DNA of 64,000 bases from Candidatus Zhuqueibacterota bacterium (GCA_034506395.1 JAPDPQ010000002.1:52255-116254), one strand, 5' to 3'; positions 26,871 to 38,048 are shown, counted from the stretch's first letter. Notes: generated by a model from the sequence alone, not told the origin. Numbers and translations are program-made.

Positions 26871-29426
26871 TCACTCCTCTCTTAGCGCCTGTGCTGGCGA
26901 GGTGCGTGCCATTTTGAGAGCGGGGTAGATGCCCGCAAGCAACGCCGCAAAGATGGCCAGAAGCATGGCCTGAAGCAATAGTTGCGGCAAAATTTCGAAT
27001 TGGATGCTCCAACCAAAAGATCGCTCATTTACAACTTTAATGAGCACCATGGCGAGAATGTTTCCAATGGGCATGGCGATGAAACCGGCCATGAATCCCA
27101 TCATGCTGGTCTGCAAAATCACCATGAGCCAGAGTTGTCTGGGGGTGAGCCCAATGGCACGCAATACACCGAATTCTCGGGCTCGTTCCAAATGAATGGC
27201 CATGAGGGCACTGAGCACACCGATGAATGCGACGATAATCGCTAATCCTTGCAGGACGTTGGTGATCAAAAATGTCCGATCGAACACCTCGACCGAGATA
27301 TTCAAGAGCGAACGATTGGATTGGATGATAACCTCATCCTCAGGCTGAAGCAAAGAGCGAATCTGAGCGATCAGTCGGTCGATATCTGTGCCAGGAAATG
27401 CATAGACCAGAATCCCAGACAGCTGGTCGTCCTCCCAATATTTGCGATAAGTGTGATGGGCAATTGAAAAGAGCCCCTGATCTGTGCCGTAATCATAATA
27501 TATCCCAGCGATCTGAAATTTGTGTTCGCCCCGATCGGTGGGCAAAGCAAACCAGTCACCCACTTGAAGATGGTGTCGGTAAGCAAACGGTTCAGAAATA
27601 ATGGCTGCCTCCTCATTTTGATAAGCATTCCATACCTGCATTGGATCGCCAGCTTTGAAGCTGAAATTTCGATATCGATGGGCTCCTATTTTAGCGGTGA
27701 AAAGTACGATATTTCCATGTGATGTATTAATATGCCTCTCGCGGTAATAATTGACATATTGGACCTGGGGTAACTGGGCAATCTTGTCGCAGAGGATTGG
27801 GTCAAGATCGCCATATGCCTGGGTGGCGATGAGGCGCGGCGCGGCGATATAGATATCTGCTGATAAGATATGTTCTAGCCAATTGATCACAGTCGATCTG
27901 AAATTCTGGATCATCGTTCCTACCCCGATGGTAGTGGCGACTGCGATGCTGAGCGCGGCGAGGGCGACGGCAGTTCGGCTCATCTGGGAAATGATTGCTC
28001 TGAGAGATATGCGGCCGAAAAATCCCAGCAGCCTACCAAAAATTGGCGTAAAACCGCGCACCAACAGGATCATAATTGCAGGGGTGAGCAACGCCATCCC
28101 TAACACCAGAGGGACTATGCCGGCGTAGCTCAGCAAAACATGTCGGCTGGGGATAAATAGGATCGCCGATCCGATGGTGATGAATAAGATGGCCAGCCTG
28201 GTGAGGGTCGGGGTCTTTTTTTGCAATTGGGATTCTAAAGCCGACCGGCGCATGACCACATTCACTGGGGCTAAAGTTGCCTCGCGGGCGGGCTGAAGCG
28301 CTGCACCAAGCGTTGCGATGATCCCTAAGATTAGACCTTTGATGAGGCTCGAGATCGGCAGATCCACTGAAGTGACTGAGAGCACAAAATACAAGTCATT
28401 GATGCTCTGGGTGACCAATCGAACCATGCTGCGGCCCAGCACGACTCCAACGATCAAGCCCAACACTGTCCCAATCACTCCAACCAGAAATGCCTCGGCC
28501 AAGATCAGATGGAAGATCTCTTTACGTGTGACGCCGATGGAACGAATTAACCCAAGGTAGGTTCTTCGCTGCACGACCGAAAAGGTCATGGTATTGTAGA
28601 TCAGAAACGTTCCGACAATGAGGGCTAACAGACTTAGCGCGGTGAGATTCAGGTTGAAGGCGCTGACCATTTGGGTTGCCGTTTGTGTCCGAGTTTCTGA
28701 TGGCAGAATCTGGGCACCCAGCGGAAGAGCCCTGCTGATCTTTTTCAATACTGAATCCTGATCAACAATAAGCTCAATGCGGCTGAGCATTCCAGTCATG
28801 CCCAATAATTCCTGAGCAGTAGCGATATCAGATAAAATTAAGTTTTCCCAACTTTCTTGCTGGTGTTGATCTGCTGGGGTGACGACGCCAGAGATCACAG
28901 CCGATTTTTTTGCGCTGCCAACGCGGATCTGCAGCGTATCCCCTCTTTTCACTTTGAATTCCTTTGCTAACTGATCGGAAATCAACACTGCTCCAGAAGT
29001 CGTTAGCAATGAGATCAATTGGGTTTGCAATGGATTGGTGCCTAAGATAAAGTGGGGTCGAAAAGGGGGCTCGGCAAAGGGATCAATGCCAAGGAATCGC
29101 ATTGGCCGGGGAGGATTATTGCCGATGACAACAAATTGTTCAATAATGGGAGCAATTGGTCGAATTCTCAGATCGATTCTCAGCCGAGTGTAAAGTGTAT
29201 CAGGCAGTCCTATGCCGGCGGCGACGATTTGATGGGTTGCGTTGCCGGTAATTGTTTGCATCGAGATTTCGAAGGCACGTTTGGCGCTGCGGTTCGCCAC
29301 ATCGACCGAAACCACCACGGCAACACCGAGGATAATACCCACCACCGATAAAGCTACCTGCCAGGGATGACGAACATAATATCGCAGGCTGGAGCGCAAT
29401 AAAATGTTGTTATTAAGCGGATGCAT
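26871..29426 (-). CDS. ABC transporter permease of the FtsX/MacB family, a fused double-FtsX protein (851 aa) of YbbP/AttF-AttG type.
   Basis: Two repeats each comprise a large extracytoplasmic domain followed by a 4-TM FtsX domain. Hydrophobic helices cluster at ~aa 250-420 and 720-851. It sits adjacent to the ABC ATPase. Confidence 0.85.
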   Translation of the reverse strand: MHPLNNNILLRSSLRYYVRHPWQVALSVVGIILGVAVVVSVDVANRSAKRAFEISMQTITGNATHQIVAAGIGLPDTLYTRLRIDLRIRPIAPIIEQFVVIGNNPPRPMRFLGIDPFAEPPFRPHFILGTNPLQTQLISLLTTSGAVLISDQLAKEFKVKRGDTLQIRVGSAKKSAVISGVVTPADQHQQESWENLILSDIATAQELLGMTGMLSRIELIVDQDSVLKKISRALPLGAQILPSETRTQTATQMVSAFNLNLTALSLLALIVGTFLIYNTMTFSVVQRRTYLGLIRSIGVTRKEIFHLILAEAFLVGVIGTVLGLIVGVVLGRSMVRLVTQSINDLYFVLSVTSVDLPISSLIKGLILGIIATLGAALQPAREATLAPVNVVMRRSALESQLQKKTPTLTRLAILFITIGSAILFIPSRHVLLSYAGIVPLVLGMALLTPAIMILLVRGFTPIFGRLLGFFGRISLRAIISQMSRTAVALAALSIAVATTIGVGTMIQNFRSTVINWLEHILSADIYIAAPRLIATQAYGDLDPILCDKIAQLPQVQYVNYYRERHINTSHGNIVLFTAKIGAHRYRNFSFKAGDPMQVWNAYQNEEAAIISEPFAYRHHLQVGDWFALPTDRGEHKFQIAGIYYDYGTDQGLFSIAHHTYRKYWEDDQLSGILVYAFPGTDIDRLIAQIRSLLQPEDEVIIQSNRSLLNISVEVFDRTFLITNVLQGLAIIVAFIGVLSALMAIHLERAREFGVLRAIGLTPRQLWLMVILQTSMMGFMAGFIAMPIGNILAMVLIKVVNERSFGWSIQFEILPQLLLQAMLLAIFAALLAGIYPALKMARTSPAQALREE

Positions 29427-29510
29427 AACTATTAAAATGAACCAAGATGATTTTAAAGAAAAAACATTATATCGCTATAATGATCCTGCGCACAGATCCA
29501 TTTGCCAAGA

Positions 29511-30233
29511 CTAAGCGAACGACAAAGAAGGACTCTCCACCAGCTTGCCTTCTCGGATCGAAAAAATTCGATCGGCCATACCGATCAATTCGCGACTATG
29601 GGTTGCCATAATCAGAGTTTTTTGTTGCCGGCGCACCAATTTATCTAAAAGGGCGATCACCTGTGCGCCTGTTTCATAATCGAGATTGCCTGTGGGTTCA
29701 TCAGCTAAAATGATGTCAGGATCATGAATGAGCGCTCGGGCAATGGCGACGCGTTGTTGCTCGCCCCCGGAAAGGCGATCTGGATAGCTTTTTGCGCGAG
29801 CTGGCAAACCGACATCTTCCAGCATTGCAATTACCCGTTCCCTGGCCAATCGTCCATTTTGCCCGTTCAATTCCAATGGCAATAGCAAATTTTCTTCCAC
29901 GGTCAGCGTGGGGATCAAGTTGAAAAATTGAAAAATGAACCCAATATGTGCGCGTCGAAATAGCGTACGCTGTTGCTCGGGAAGTCGATTAAGGCTTTGA
30001 TTCCTCAAAATTACTTCCCCTGATGTGGGCAGATCGATCCCGCTGATCAAATTGAGCAGTGTGGATTTGCCAGATCCGCTTTTGCCGAGCAAGATGATCA
30101 ATTCCCCAGCTCGAATCGTGCAATTGACGTCATTGAGCACCGTTCGCTCGCAATCGACCTCGCGATAGATTTTGGTCAATTCTCGCAATTCAATGATACT
30201 GGATTCGAATGGCTGTTCTAAAAATCGTCGCAT
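29511..30233 (-). CDS. ABC transporter ATP-binding protein (LolD/MacB-type ATPase).
   Basis: Walker A is '[16 protein letters not shown]', the signature is '[15 protein letters not shown]' and Walker B is '[11 protein letters not shown]'. The start is set at the internal ATG of 'MRRFLEQ…' (30233); the ORF track extends to 30344. Confidence 0.85.
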   Translation of the reverse strand: MRRFLEQPFESSIIELRELTKIYREVDCERTVLNDVNCTIRAGELIILLGKSGSGKSTLLNLISGIDLPTSGEVILRNQSLNRLPEQQRTLFRRAHIGFIFQFFNLIPTLTVEENLLLPLELNGQNGRLARERVIAMLEDVGLPARAKSYPDRLSGGEQQRVAIARALIHDPDIILADEPTGNLDYETGAQVIALLDKLVRRQQKTLIMATHSRELIGMADRIFSIREGKLVESPSLSFA

Positions 30234-30634
30234 AGTTCTCCTTTTCAGAATTAAAGATGGGAAAACGATCAGATACGATGAAAGTTCCCAATCCACCAGA
30301 ATGCTTAGGAAGGCTAAGGAATGGATATTGTATCTTGTGAACATATAGGAAGTAGTACCGAGCTAATCAACCAATTGGGTAGCAGATTGGATCTATCAAT
30401 GATTTTAAGAAGGAAAAGGATCAATCTGCGATTGGAGGCGAATAAAAGCTGCAAATGAGACAGAGAGGATTCTGCGGTTGTTGAATGAGCGCGGCAAATT
30501 ATTGAGTCATATTTGATGATTTCCCGCTTAAAATTCAGGTTGCCCAATGCGGGCCAAAGAAGGGAAACGGACAACCTGAATTCAATGTCGCGAGAAGAGC
30601 AGGAGCATGAAAATTCAATAATCGGACGCGATAC

Positions 30635-31426
30635 TTAGTTTACTTGATAGAGCTCGGGGCGACGATGTTGAAAGATTGGCATCTTGTTGCGCACTGCCAT
30701 CAGATTATCGCGGTTGATTTCGCCGATCAAAAGGGCTTCGCGATCCTCGGCGGCTGATGCGACAATCACGCCATAGGGATCGATGATGCGGCTGGAACCA
30801 CAAAATGTTACCATCCCGTCGTTTCCAACCCGATTGGCGGCAATGAGATAAACTTGATTTTCTATCGCCCGAGCCCGGGTCAAGATATCCCAGTGGCCAA
30901 CCCGAGGAAACGGCCAGGCAGAGCATAGCACCAGAACCTCTGCCCCTTTCAGCACCAATGATCGGCTGAGCTCTGGAAATCGAAGATCGTAACAGATCAT
31001 GAATCCCCACGTCATACTGCCGATAGTAAAAAGCGATAGCGAATCGCCTGGTGAGATACAGCTATCTTCATCCAGCGGCGGATAAGCAGCCAAATGGGCT
31101 TTACGATATTTGCCAATAAATTCTCCTCGAGGACCAAAAGCGGCGATGGAATTGTAAATTCGTTCGCCTTCTTTTTCCGATATCCCAGCGATGACATGAA
31201 TTTTGTGCTGTTCGGCAATGTTTTGGATGGTTTGAAATGGCGCATCATTCCAGGAGGATGCCTTTTCCCGAACCACTGACATTTCATACCCTGTATCAAC
31301 CATTTCGGGGAAGACGATAACGTGACATCCTTTTTCGGCAGCATTTTGGGTAAGAGCGGCGATCTGCTCTAAATTGGACAGCGGATCTCCGAGCGAACAT
31401 TTGATCTGAGCTACGGCAATTCTCAT
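30635..31426 (-). CDS. Carbon-nitrogen hydrolase family protein (nitrilase superfamily, omega-amidase-like).
   Basis: 'MRIAVAQIKCSLGDPLSNL…' and the catalytic Glu-Lys-Cys triad context ('VIVFPEM', 'KAHLA', 'MICYDLRFPEL') are present. The length of 263 aa is typical. Confidence 0.8.
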   Translation of the reverse strand: MRIAVAQIKCSLGDPLSNLEQIAALTQNAAEKGCHVIVFPEMVDTGYEMSVVREKASSWNDAPFQTIQNIAEQHKIHVIAGISEKEGERIYNSIAAFGPRGEFIGKYRKAHLAAYPPLDEDSCISPGDSLSLFTIGSMTWGFMICYDLRFPELSRSLVLKGAEVLVLCSAWPFPRVGHWDILTRARAIENQVYLIAANRVGNDGMVTFCGSSRIIDPYGVIVASAAEDREALLIGEINRDNLMAVRNKMPIFQHRRPELYQVN

Positions 31427-31870
31427 GATTGATTTCTCCTGTTTATGATCGAAGCGATCTCTATAAAGTTATGCAATTCCGCACTCAATAACAAGCATTA
31501 ATTTTTTTCCTCAAGAAATTTGCCTTGATTTTTAGACTCTATTTATTTATTTTGGACTAAAAATCGAGCCACAAAAAATCAATCTGCGCAATTCATATCG
31601 AATTGCGCCTAAAAAGATTCATTATCAGCCAGCACAAAAGAGTCGATCAGCATTTCAGATCATTTTTATTGAATCTGATTGTGATGCTGAATTCTAAAAA
31701 ATATGTTGGAGTGGGCGGATAAGCTTCTCGTCGGTTGATTGACTTTAAAATTGATTTAGTAGGAAATTTTTGCATTCGCAGCAGTGGCATTGTTTTTTTG
31801 CTCTTGGTTTCATATCAGAAATGGGTAGATATTCGAACCGTAGTAAAACCTATAAGGGATGTGATGAGTG

Positions 31871-33256
31871 ATGGACAATGAGCAATACAAGGGCTATCGG
31901 GGACCAGCGCTGAGTACTTTGAAGAATTTTTCGGTTCAGGTATGGAGTGATGTGGAGGTAGAAACAACACGTGGGGAGTTTAAAGGAATTATTTTGCCAC
32001 GGTCCGAGACCGCTGATGATCGGCATATCGTATTGAAATTGCGCAATGGTTATAATGTTGGTTTAGCGGTTGATACAATCACTGGAATGCGACAAACCGG
32101 GTATAAAAAGGCGAACTATAAAATTCCTGAAAAACAATTTCCGTACGATCCCAAAAAACCGCGGGTAAAATTGTTTGGCACTGGGGGGACCATTGCCAGT
32201 CGGCTGGATTATCGCACTGGCGCGGTAATCCCGGCGTTTTCACCTGGTGAACTGTACGGTTCGGTGCCTGAGTTAGCGGATATTTGTAACCTCGAGACCG
32301 AAAAACTTTATGGGGTATTCAGTGAAAACATGGGGCCTGAGCAATGGATTGGGACTGCGACGGCCATTGGACGGGAAATTGAAAAAGGGGTGAGCGGCAT
32401 AGTGATTGGTCATGGGACTGATACGATGCATCACACTGCAGCGATCCTTTCATTTATGGTGCAAAACTCGCCGGTGCCAATCGTTATGGTGGGTTCGCAG
32501 CGCTCCAGCGATCGGCCTTCTTCGGATGCGGCGATCAATCTAATTAATGCGACGAAAACCGCGGCCGAAAGCGATATTGCTGAAGTGATGGTTTGCATGT
32601 TCGGGCCAACCAGTGATCAATATGATTTATTGCATCGAGGGACGCGAGTGCGTAAGATGCATTCCAGTTATAGATCCACTTTTCGCACCATCGGAGATAT
32701 TCCGCTGGCCATGGTCAGCCGTGATTGGATCATCCCATTGCGAAACGATTACAAACGCCGTCGAAACGATAGAAACGTGGTTATCAATACTGCTTTCGAA
32801 GAAATGGTCTCTATCGTCTATTATTATCCCAATATGCGGCCCGATATCATTGAATCGTTGATCGACAACAATTACAAGGGCATCATTATAGCTGGGACTG
32901 GCTTGGGGCATGTGAATAAGCCGCTCTATCCCGCTCTTAAAAAAGCCCACCAAAAGGGTATAGCCATGTTTATGACAGTTCAAACTCTTTGGGGCTACGT
33001 CCAAATGTATGTCTATGACACCGGCCGCGACATCATGGAGTTGGGGGTGATTCCCGCAGCTAATATGTTGCCCGAGGTCGCCTATGTGAAATTGGGCTGG
33101 ACATTGGGACAAACGACCGATCTGGAAAAAGTCAAGGAGATTATGCTGACCCCCATTGCAGGAGAAATTACGGAGCGCGAACCGCATAACGGCTATTTGA
33201 TTTATCAAGGCGGAATCCCTGAGGTCGAGGAGTTCATCAGCAAATATTGGAAATAG
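31871..33256 (+). CDS. Asparaginase-domain protein of the GatD type (Glu-tRNA(Gln) amidotransferase subunit D-like), which has the ~95-aa N-terminal domain absent from plain type-I asparaginases.
   Basis: The N-terminal domain 'GEFKGIILPRSETADDRHIVLKLRNGYNVGLAVDTI' matches the GatD N-domain pattern. The asparaginase core carries both catalytic threonine motifs, 'KLFGTGGTIAS' and 'IVIGHGTDTM'. The length is ~461 aa. Confidence 0.65.
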   Translation: MDNEQYKGYRGPALSTLKNFSVQVWSDVEVETTRGEFKGIILPRSETADDRHIVLKLRNGYNVGLAVDTITGMRQTGYKKANYKIPEKQFPYDPKKPRVKLFGTGGTIASRLDYRTGAVIPAFSPGELYGSVPELADICNLETEKLYGVFSENMGPEQWIGTATAIGREIEKGVSGIVIGHGTDTMHHTAAILSFMVQNSPVPIVMVGSQRSSDRPSSDAAINLINATKTAAESDIAEVMVCMFGPTSDQYDLLHRGTRVRKMHSSYRSTFRTIGDIPLAMVSRDWIIPLRNDYKRRRNDRNVVINTAFEEMVSIVYYYPNMRPDIIESLIDNNYKGIIIAGTGLGHVNKPLYPALKKAHQKGIAMFMTVQTLWGYVQMYVYDTGRDIMELGVIPAANMLPEVAYVKLGWTLGQTTDLEKVKEIMLTPIAGEITEREPHNGYLIYQGGIPEVEEFISKYWK

Positions 33257-33458
33257 CTCTCAAGCCGATGAAAGGCCCATTATTGATTGCGGACAGTTTC
33301 TGGGATCAAAGAACGAAGCAAGTAAAATTTTTCGGAGTTTTGGTAATCTGAATCCGAATAAATTTGAAAATGAATGACGGAAAGGATATTTATCCTGACG
33401 AGATGAAAAATTTTTTGTGAAGAAATCGTTGACAAAATATTTCTTATTTGGGAATGCC

Positions 33459-36400
33459 CTAATAGTTTTTTTCCAATATCATCATCTTATATTCATCCCG
33501 AAACCCCAGCCGTTTCAACAGGCCAGCGATCTCTGATGTCCTCACTGGTTGCCGGTCATAGAATTCGACTTTTATGGCGCGGATCCTGCGCCACCCTGCT
33601 GGATCATCCAATAATTGAGGGAGTAATGCAATAATAGTCTCCAAATCATTTGAAGACAGCTCCCGCAATGGGGTCAATTGTGCACCTTTAGATTCAATCG
33701 CCATTATTGGCAGACCAGCTTTGATGATCAAATAATTGTTTGGATGACGGAGCAATCGCCAATCTGGTTGCCGAGGATGGATGACGGGAAGGGGTGATGC
33801 TGCTCCATAGAGATTGGCTGGATCACAGCTATTGATTAAGATCGGGCGCTCGTCGCCTTCTATCTCGGCAGATGGCCTGTGAGTTAAGTATATGAGTGCA
33901 TCGGCAGCTTTCGGCAACGCGAACTGCAAGCCAGAAAAACTTTTGACGAAGTAGCCACGTCGGATTTCGCCGCGCCATTCTAATCGCACCAATGCCTCAT
34001 AAATTGACCGCCAAGGAATTGGCCAGCGCTCTAGATCATAAATCTCCCGGCAGATGAGACCATAACGTCGGAGGATCTGATTGATCAAAGCCTCAATTTG
34101 ATCCCCGGTCACGTTCTCGGGGCTCATCATTGCTGGCAATTGCCACCATCGGCCAGCACCAGGCAGCGGTCGATAGCGCTCATGGCGCCGATAATGACGA
34201 TAACTAAGTCTTATTCCAGTCGTTTCGATCACTTGTTCAAGTGAGTAAGTTGGTTTATCGGCACGGATAACGGCGAAGCTATCATTGCTGACTTCACCCC
34301 GCCAGATCAATTCCCAGAGACCCGCCGCACAAGCAGACGGCGGTAACCCGGTTGCTAACGATAGATCATTCACAAAGCATGCGCCTTGGGTCTGGAGCGC
34401 GCTTCGAAGTTTCTCAATCAATTCTTCTGCACTATTGTCCTTTGCCTGGGGAATTGCATCCTTAAATCGGTATCGAAAATACGAGAGATCGCTTCGAAAC
34501 GCAAATGCGATATCTCCCTTATTGCTTGTCGAAGAAGATGAGCCATACCAGGTGATCTCGCCTTGCCGACACAATTCATCCAGCCATGCGGGCTGATAAA
34601 CTTCCATTCTTTTGGCGAATATTTCTGTCTCCCAGAGCTCTGCTGGCAAGCGTAAACCTTGGAATTGTTCGATCAATTGCAACAGCCCTTGCAAACCAAA
34701 GCATTTTGTTTCTGGCGTTCGATGTTGCCAGCGCAATAGCCATTGCACATATTGGGTCACGTCGCAGGGTTGAACCTGGTGACGTTGCTGGCGCAACGTC
34801 AGGCGTCGTGCTTGTGCAACGGTTTCGCTTGTCGCCCATTGAAGCTGATCCTCAGATTCACCGATCTTCAGCGCAACATATTTTCCAGCTGCTTTTTGTT
34901 CCTCGAGCCACTGTTCCACCATCGGCCGATCGATTGGGTAACGGGCAACCATATCGGCGAGCGGGACTCCAGCATGATTGGCAACGTAGCGCTCAAGGAT
35001 CAACTTTTGGGCCTCAGCTTGAGGCCGGCTTTGAGACGCGATTTCTGCTGGTAAGATCTCATCGGATGGCAAGGATTCAAGTTCATCATCGCCCAATTTG
35101 AAATAAATTTTTTGGAAGCTCCTGGGGGAAGTCACAGGGGCATTTGGATCTGCGAAGGCTGACCGATATAAAGGGAAATCCTCTGGGGCGATCCACCGCC
35201 AATTTTGATGAACTCCGTCGATGAAGACGCAGAACGCTCGTCGCTCTGCCACTAAGGTTTGCATTAGCGATTTCGCATCCCCAGCAACTCGTTGTTCGAT
35301 CTCTTCTTCAGTTAAATCACCAATCCGATGGAGCAGATCGACCAGTTCACTTGCAGTCCTGGCGCGATAGCCATCGGCTCGACCTTGCATTCGCTGCTCG
35401 ATCTCATTGATGGCGTCTTGATGCAGTAGCAGATGCACCGCTTCAGATGATGTCAATTCTTCAATAAAGTCCTTCTCAACCGCGATGTCGCTGGTATCGC
35501 TTGGTTTCGGCTCATCGTATTCATACATGTAGCTGGCCATGAAGTCCAATAAGAGTGTTGCGGCAAATGGGGACGGCGTCGTAGCTGCACGGATCACAAA
35601 TTTGACTTCACCCGACTCGATGCGAGTGAGGAGTTCCTTCAGCTCATCCATTGCCAGAAAGTCCTGGAGCGATTCCCGATAGGTTTCCACAACAATTGGA
35701 AAATTGGGAAATTGATGAGCGACCTCTAACAGGTCCCGAGAGCGCATGCGCTGTAACCACAGCGGAGAGCGCTTTCCCGGTTTGGGCCGGGGGATGAGCA
35801 TCGCCCGATTGGCATTATGTCGAAATCGAATACCAAAAAAGGCGGAATCGGCCAACTCGGCAATCACTAAATCGGAGATGTTCTGGGGGGTAACGCTTTT
35901 GATGATCTCAATTGCGCGTTGGACGTGTTCGATGGGATAGCGAATCACAATTCCTCCGTCGGAGTGGAGCGATTCGGGTGCGATATTCAATCGCTTTTTA
36001 AACTGGGCGATTATAGCCAATTTCCAAGGCAGATGAACCCGGCCGCCATAAGGCGAGAGGATGACGATCCTCGGATCCCCCAATTCGTCCTGAAAACTCT
36101 CGATCAAAATGGTTCGATCATCTGGAATCACCCCTGCTATCTGTTTTTGATCCTTAAAATACTGATAAAGGTTACTGGCTGCCAGTTCATCCAGAGGGAA
36201 ATTCTCCATCAGCCATTTTAGGCAATGAGGATCTTCGAGCCGATCTGCCATTTCGCGACAAAATTGACCATACCTTCGGGACAAATGAGCCGAGCGATTC
36301 ATGAATTCGCCTCTCCAAAACGGCATTCGGGCCATAGCATCGCGAGCAGGGGCAACGAGAACTCGGTCATGGGTGATCTCTTTGATCCGCCATTGACTGC

Positions 36401-38048
36401 TTCCCAGCGCAATGACCTCGCCGACTCTTCGCTCGAACACGAATTCCTCCTCCAATTCTCCGAGCCGAGTCACGCCATCTTCCAGATAACAGCCGTATTG
36501 GCCTGTATCGGGAATTGCACCGCCGCCCAAAATCGCTGCCCGCTGTGTTCCCGGCAAAGCGTAAAGCATTCGATTCACCCGATCCCATGAAACGCGTGGC
36601 TTTAAGTCGCGAAATACCTCCGATGGATAGCGGCCGGAGACCATCTCCACCACGCTCAGAAAATGCGATTTCGGCAATGCTTGAAAAGGATAAGCCTGTC
36701 GAACCAGATCGTAAAGTTGATCTACTGACCAGGGCTTCATGGCGACCATGGCGATAATTTGCTGTGCTAAAATATCCAGGCAGTTTTTGGGAATTTTGAT
36801 TGGTGACACATCGGCTCGCAGCATAGCGCCGGCGATCACGGTCATTTCGAGCAGATCTGAGCGCATCTTGGGAATCAACCGACCTTTGCTTGCCATCTGA
36901 TATAGATGGCCGGCGCGTCCTACTCGCTGGAGAGCTCGAGCCACATCTTTTGGCGACTCCACCTGACAGACCAGATCGATGGCGCCCATATCGATCCCTA
37001 GCTCCAGGGTGGCAGTTGCTACCAGTGCGGTCAGCTTGCCCTGTTTGAGTTGCTCTTCAATTTCTCGGCGCATCTCCTTTGACACGCTGCCATGATGGGC
37101 TTTCACCAATTCAAACCCCGCCCGCTCATTTAGCGCTGCCGTCACCCGTTCTGCGGCCGCTCGATTATTGACAAAGATCAAAGTCGATCGATGCTTTTGG
37201 ATCAATTCCAGAAGCTTTTGATAAATTTCAGGCCAGATGGTATTCTCTGGAAGTTCTCGAAAATCTTCTACCGGGCTGATGATTTTTAAATCCAAGTTCT
37301 TTCGCATTCCAGCATCCACAATCGTGACTTGCCGAGGCTTCAAAATTGCCACCCCGTTCTGATACTCGAGATCATTCCCGACCAAAAAGCGGCCGATCTC
37401 ATCCAAAGGCTGCTGGGTTGCAGAGAGGCCAATCCGAACAAAAGGCTGCATTACGATATGCTGCAGTCGCTCTAATAGCAAAGCGAGAAAAGTGCCCCGC
37501 TTATTGTCCGAGATCGCATGAATCTCATCGACGATCACATATTTCACAGATCGAAGGATTCGCTGGGCGCGATGCGAGGTCAAAAGTAGATGCAACGATT
37601 CTGGGGTGGTAATTAATATGTGCGGCGGGAAACGCAAGGCCAACTCGCGCTCCTGCTGAGGAGTGTCTCCAGTTCGAACTGCTACTCGAATCTCTGGAAT
37701 GGTTGTTTTCAATTCCCTGGACTTTTCCTGAATTCCAGCCAAAGGCGATACCAAGTTTCTCTCGATATCATAATTGAGCGCTTTCAAAGGAGAGATATAC
37801 AGGGTATGCACACCCATCGGCGGTTCGTTGGAAAGCAGCTTTTTTAATAAGTCATCGATGCACACCAGAAAAGCCGCCAGTGTTTTGCCCGAGCCGGTTG
37901 GAGCTAAAATGAGCGTATTTTCGCCGCGGGAAATTGGTGGCCAACCCTGCATTTGAGGAGGGGTTGGTTCTCTAAATCGCTCATTAAACCATAGCTGGAT
38001 GATCGGATGAAAAAGCCCCAAAGAATTTTCTCCATTAAGCATAACCAA
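33459..38048 (-). CDS. lhr: Lhr-family large ATP-dependent DEAD/DEAH-box helicase (1529 aa).
   Basis: Motif I is 'LILAPTGSGKTLAAFL' and the DEAH box is 'VIVDEIHA'. A helicase C-domain follows, then the Lhr-specific WH/beta-barrel region and a long C-terminal extension. The size matches E. coli Lhr (~1540 aa). Confidence 0.85.
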   Translation of the reverse strand: MVMLNGENSLGLFHPIIQLWFNERFREPTPPQMQGWPPISRGENTLILAPTGSGKTLAAFLVCIDDLLKKLLSNEPPMGVHTLYISPLKALNYDIERNLVSPLAGIQEKSRELKTTIPEIRVAVRTGDTPQQERELALRFPPHILITTPESLHLLLTSHRAQRILRSVKYVIVDEIHAISDNKRGTFLALLLERLQHIVMQPFVRIGLSATQQPLDEIGRFLVGNDLEYQNGVAILKPRQVTIVDAGMRKNLDLKIISPVEDFRELPENTIWPEIYQKLLELIQKHRSTLIFVNNRAAAERVTAALNERAGFELVKAHHGSVSKEMRREIEEQLKQGKLTALVATATLELGIDMGAIDLVCQVESPKDVARALQRVGRAGHLYQMASKGRLIPKMRSDLLEMTVIAGAMLRADVSPIKIPKNCLDILAQQIIAMVAMKPWSVDQLYDLVRQAYPFQALPKSHFLSVVEMVSGRYPSEVFRDLKPRVSWDRVNRMLYALPGTQRAAILGGGAIPDTGQYGCYLEDGVTRLGELEEEFVFERRVGEVIALGSSQWRIKEITHDRVLVAPARDAMARMPFWRGEFMNRSAHLSRRYGQFCREMADRLEDPHCLKWLMENFPLDELAASNLYQYFKDQKQIAGVIPDDRTILIESFQDELGDPRIVILSPYGGRVHLPWKLAIIAQFKKRLNIAPESLHSDGGIVIRYPIEHVQRAIEIIKSVTPQNISDLVIAELADSAFFGIRFRHNANRAMLIPRPKPGKRSPLWLQRMRSRDLLEVAHQFPNFPIVVETYRESLQDFLAMDELKELLTRIESGEVKFVIRAATTPSPFAATLLLDFMASYMYEYDEPKPSDTSDIAVEKDFIEELTSSEAVHLLLHQDAINEIEQRMQGRADGYRARTASELVDLLHRIGDLTEEEIEQRVAGDAKSLMQTLVAERRAFCVFIDGVHQNWRWIAPEDFPLYRSAFADPNAPVTSPRSFQKIYFKLGDDELESLPSDEILPAEIASQSRPQAEAQKLILERYVANHAGVPLADMVARYPIDRPMVEQWLEEQKAAGKYVALKIGESEDQLQWATSETVAQARRLTLRQQRHQVQPCDVTQYVQWLLRWQHRTPETKCFGLQGLLQLIEQFQGLRLPAELWETEIFAKRMEVYQPAWLDELCRQGEITWYGSSSSTSNKGDIAFAFRSDLSYFRYRFKDAIPQAKDNSAEELIEKLRSALQTQGACFVNDLSLATGLPPSACAAGLWELIWRGEVSNDSFAVIRADKPTYSLEQVIETTGIRLSYRHYRRHERYRPLPGAGRWWQLPAMMSPENVTGDQIEALINQILRRYGLICREIYDLERWPIPWRSIYEALVRLEWRGEIRRGYFVKSFSGLQFALPKAADALIYLTHRPSAEIEGDERPILINSCDPANLYGAASPLPVIHPRQPDWRLLRHPNNYLIIKAGLPIMAIESKGAQLTPLRELSSNDLETIIALLPQLLDDPAGWRRIRAIKVEFYDRQPVRTSEIAGLLKRLGFRDEYKMMILEKNY

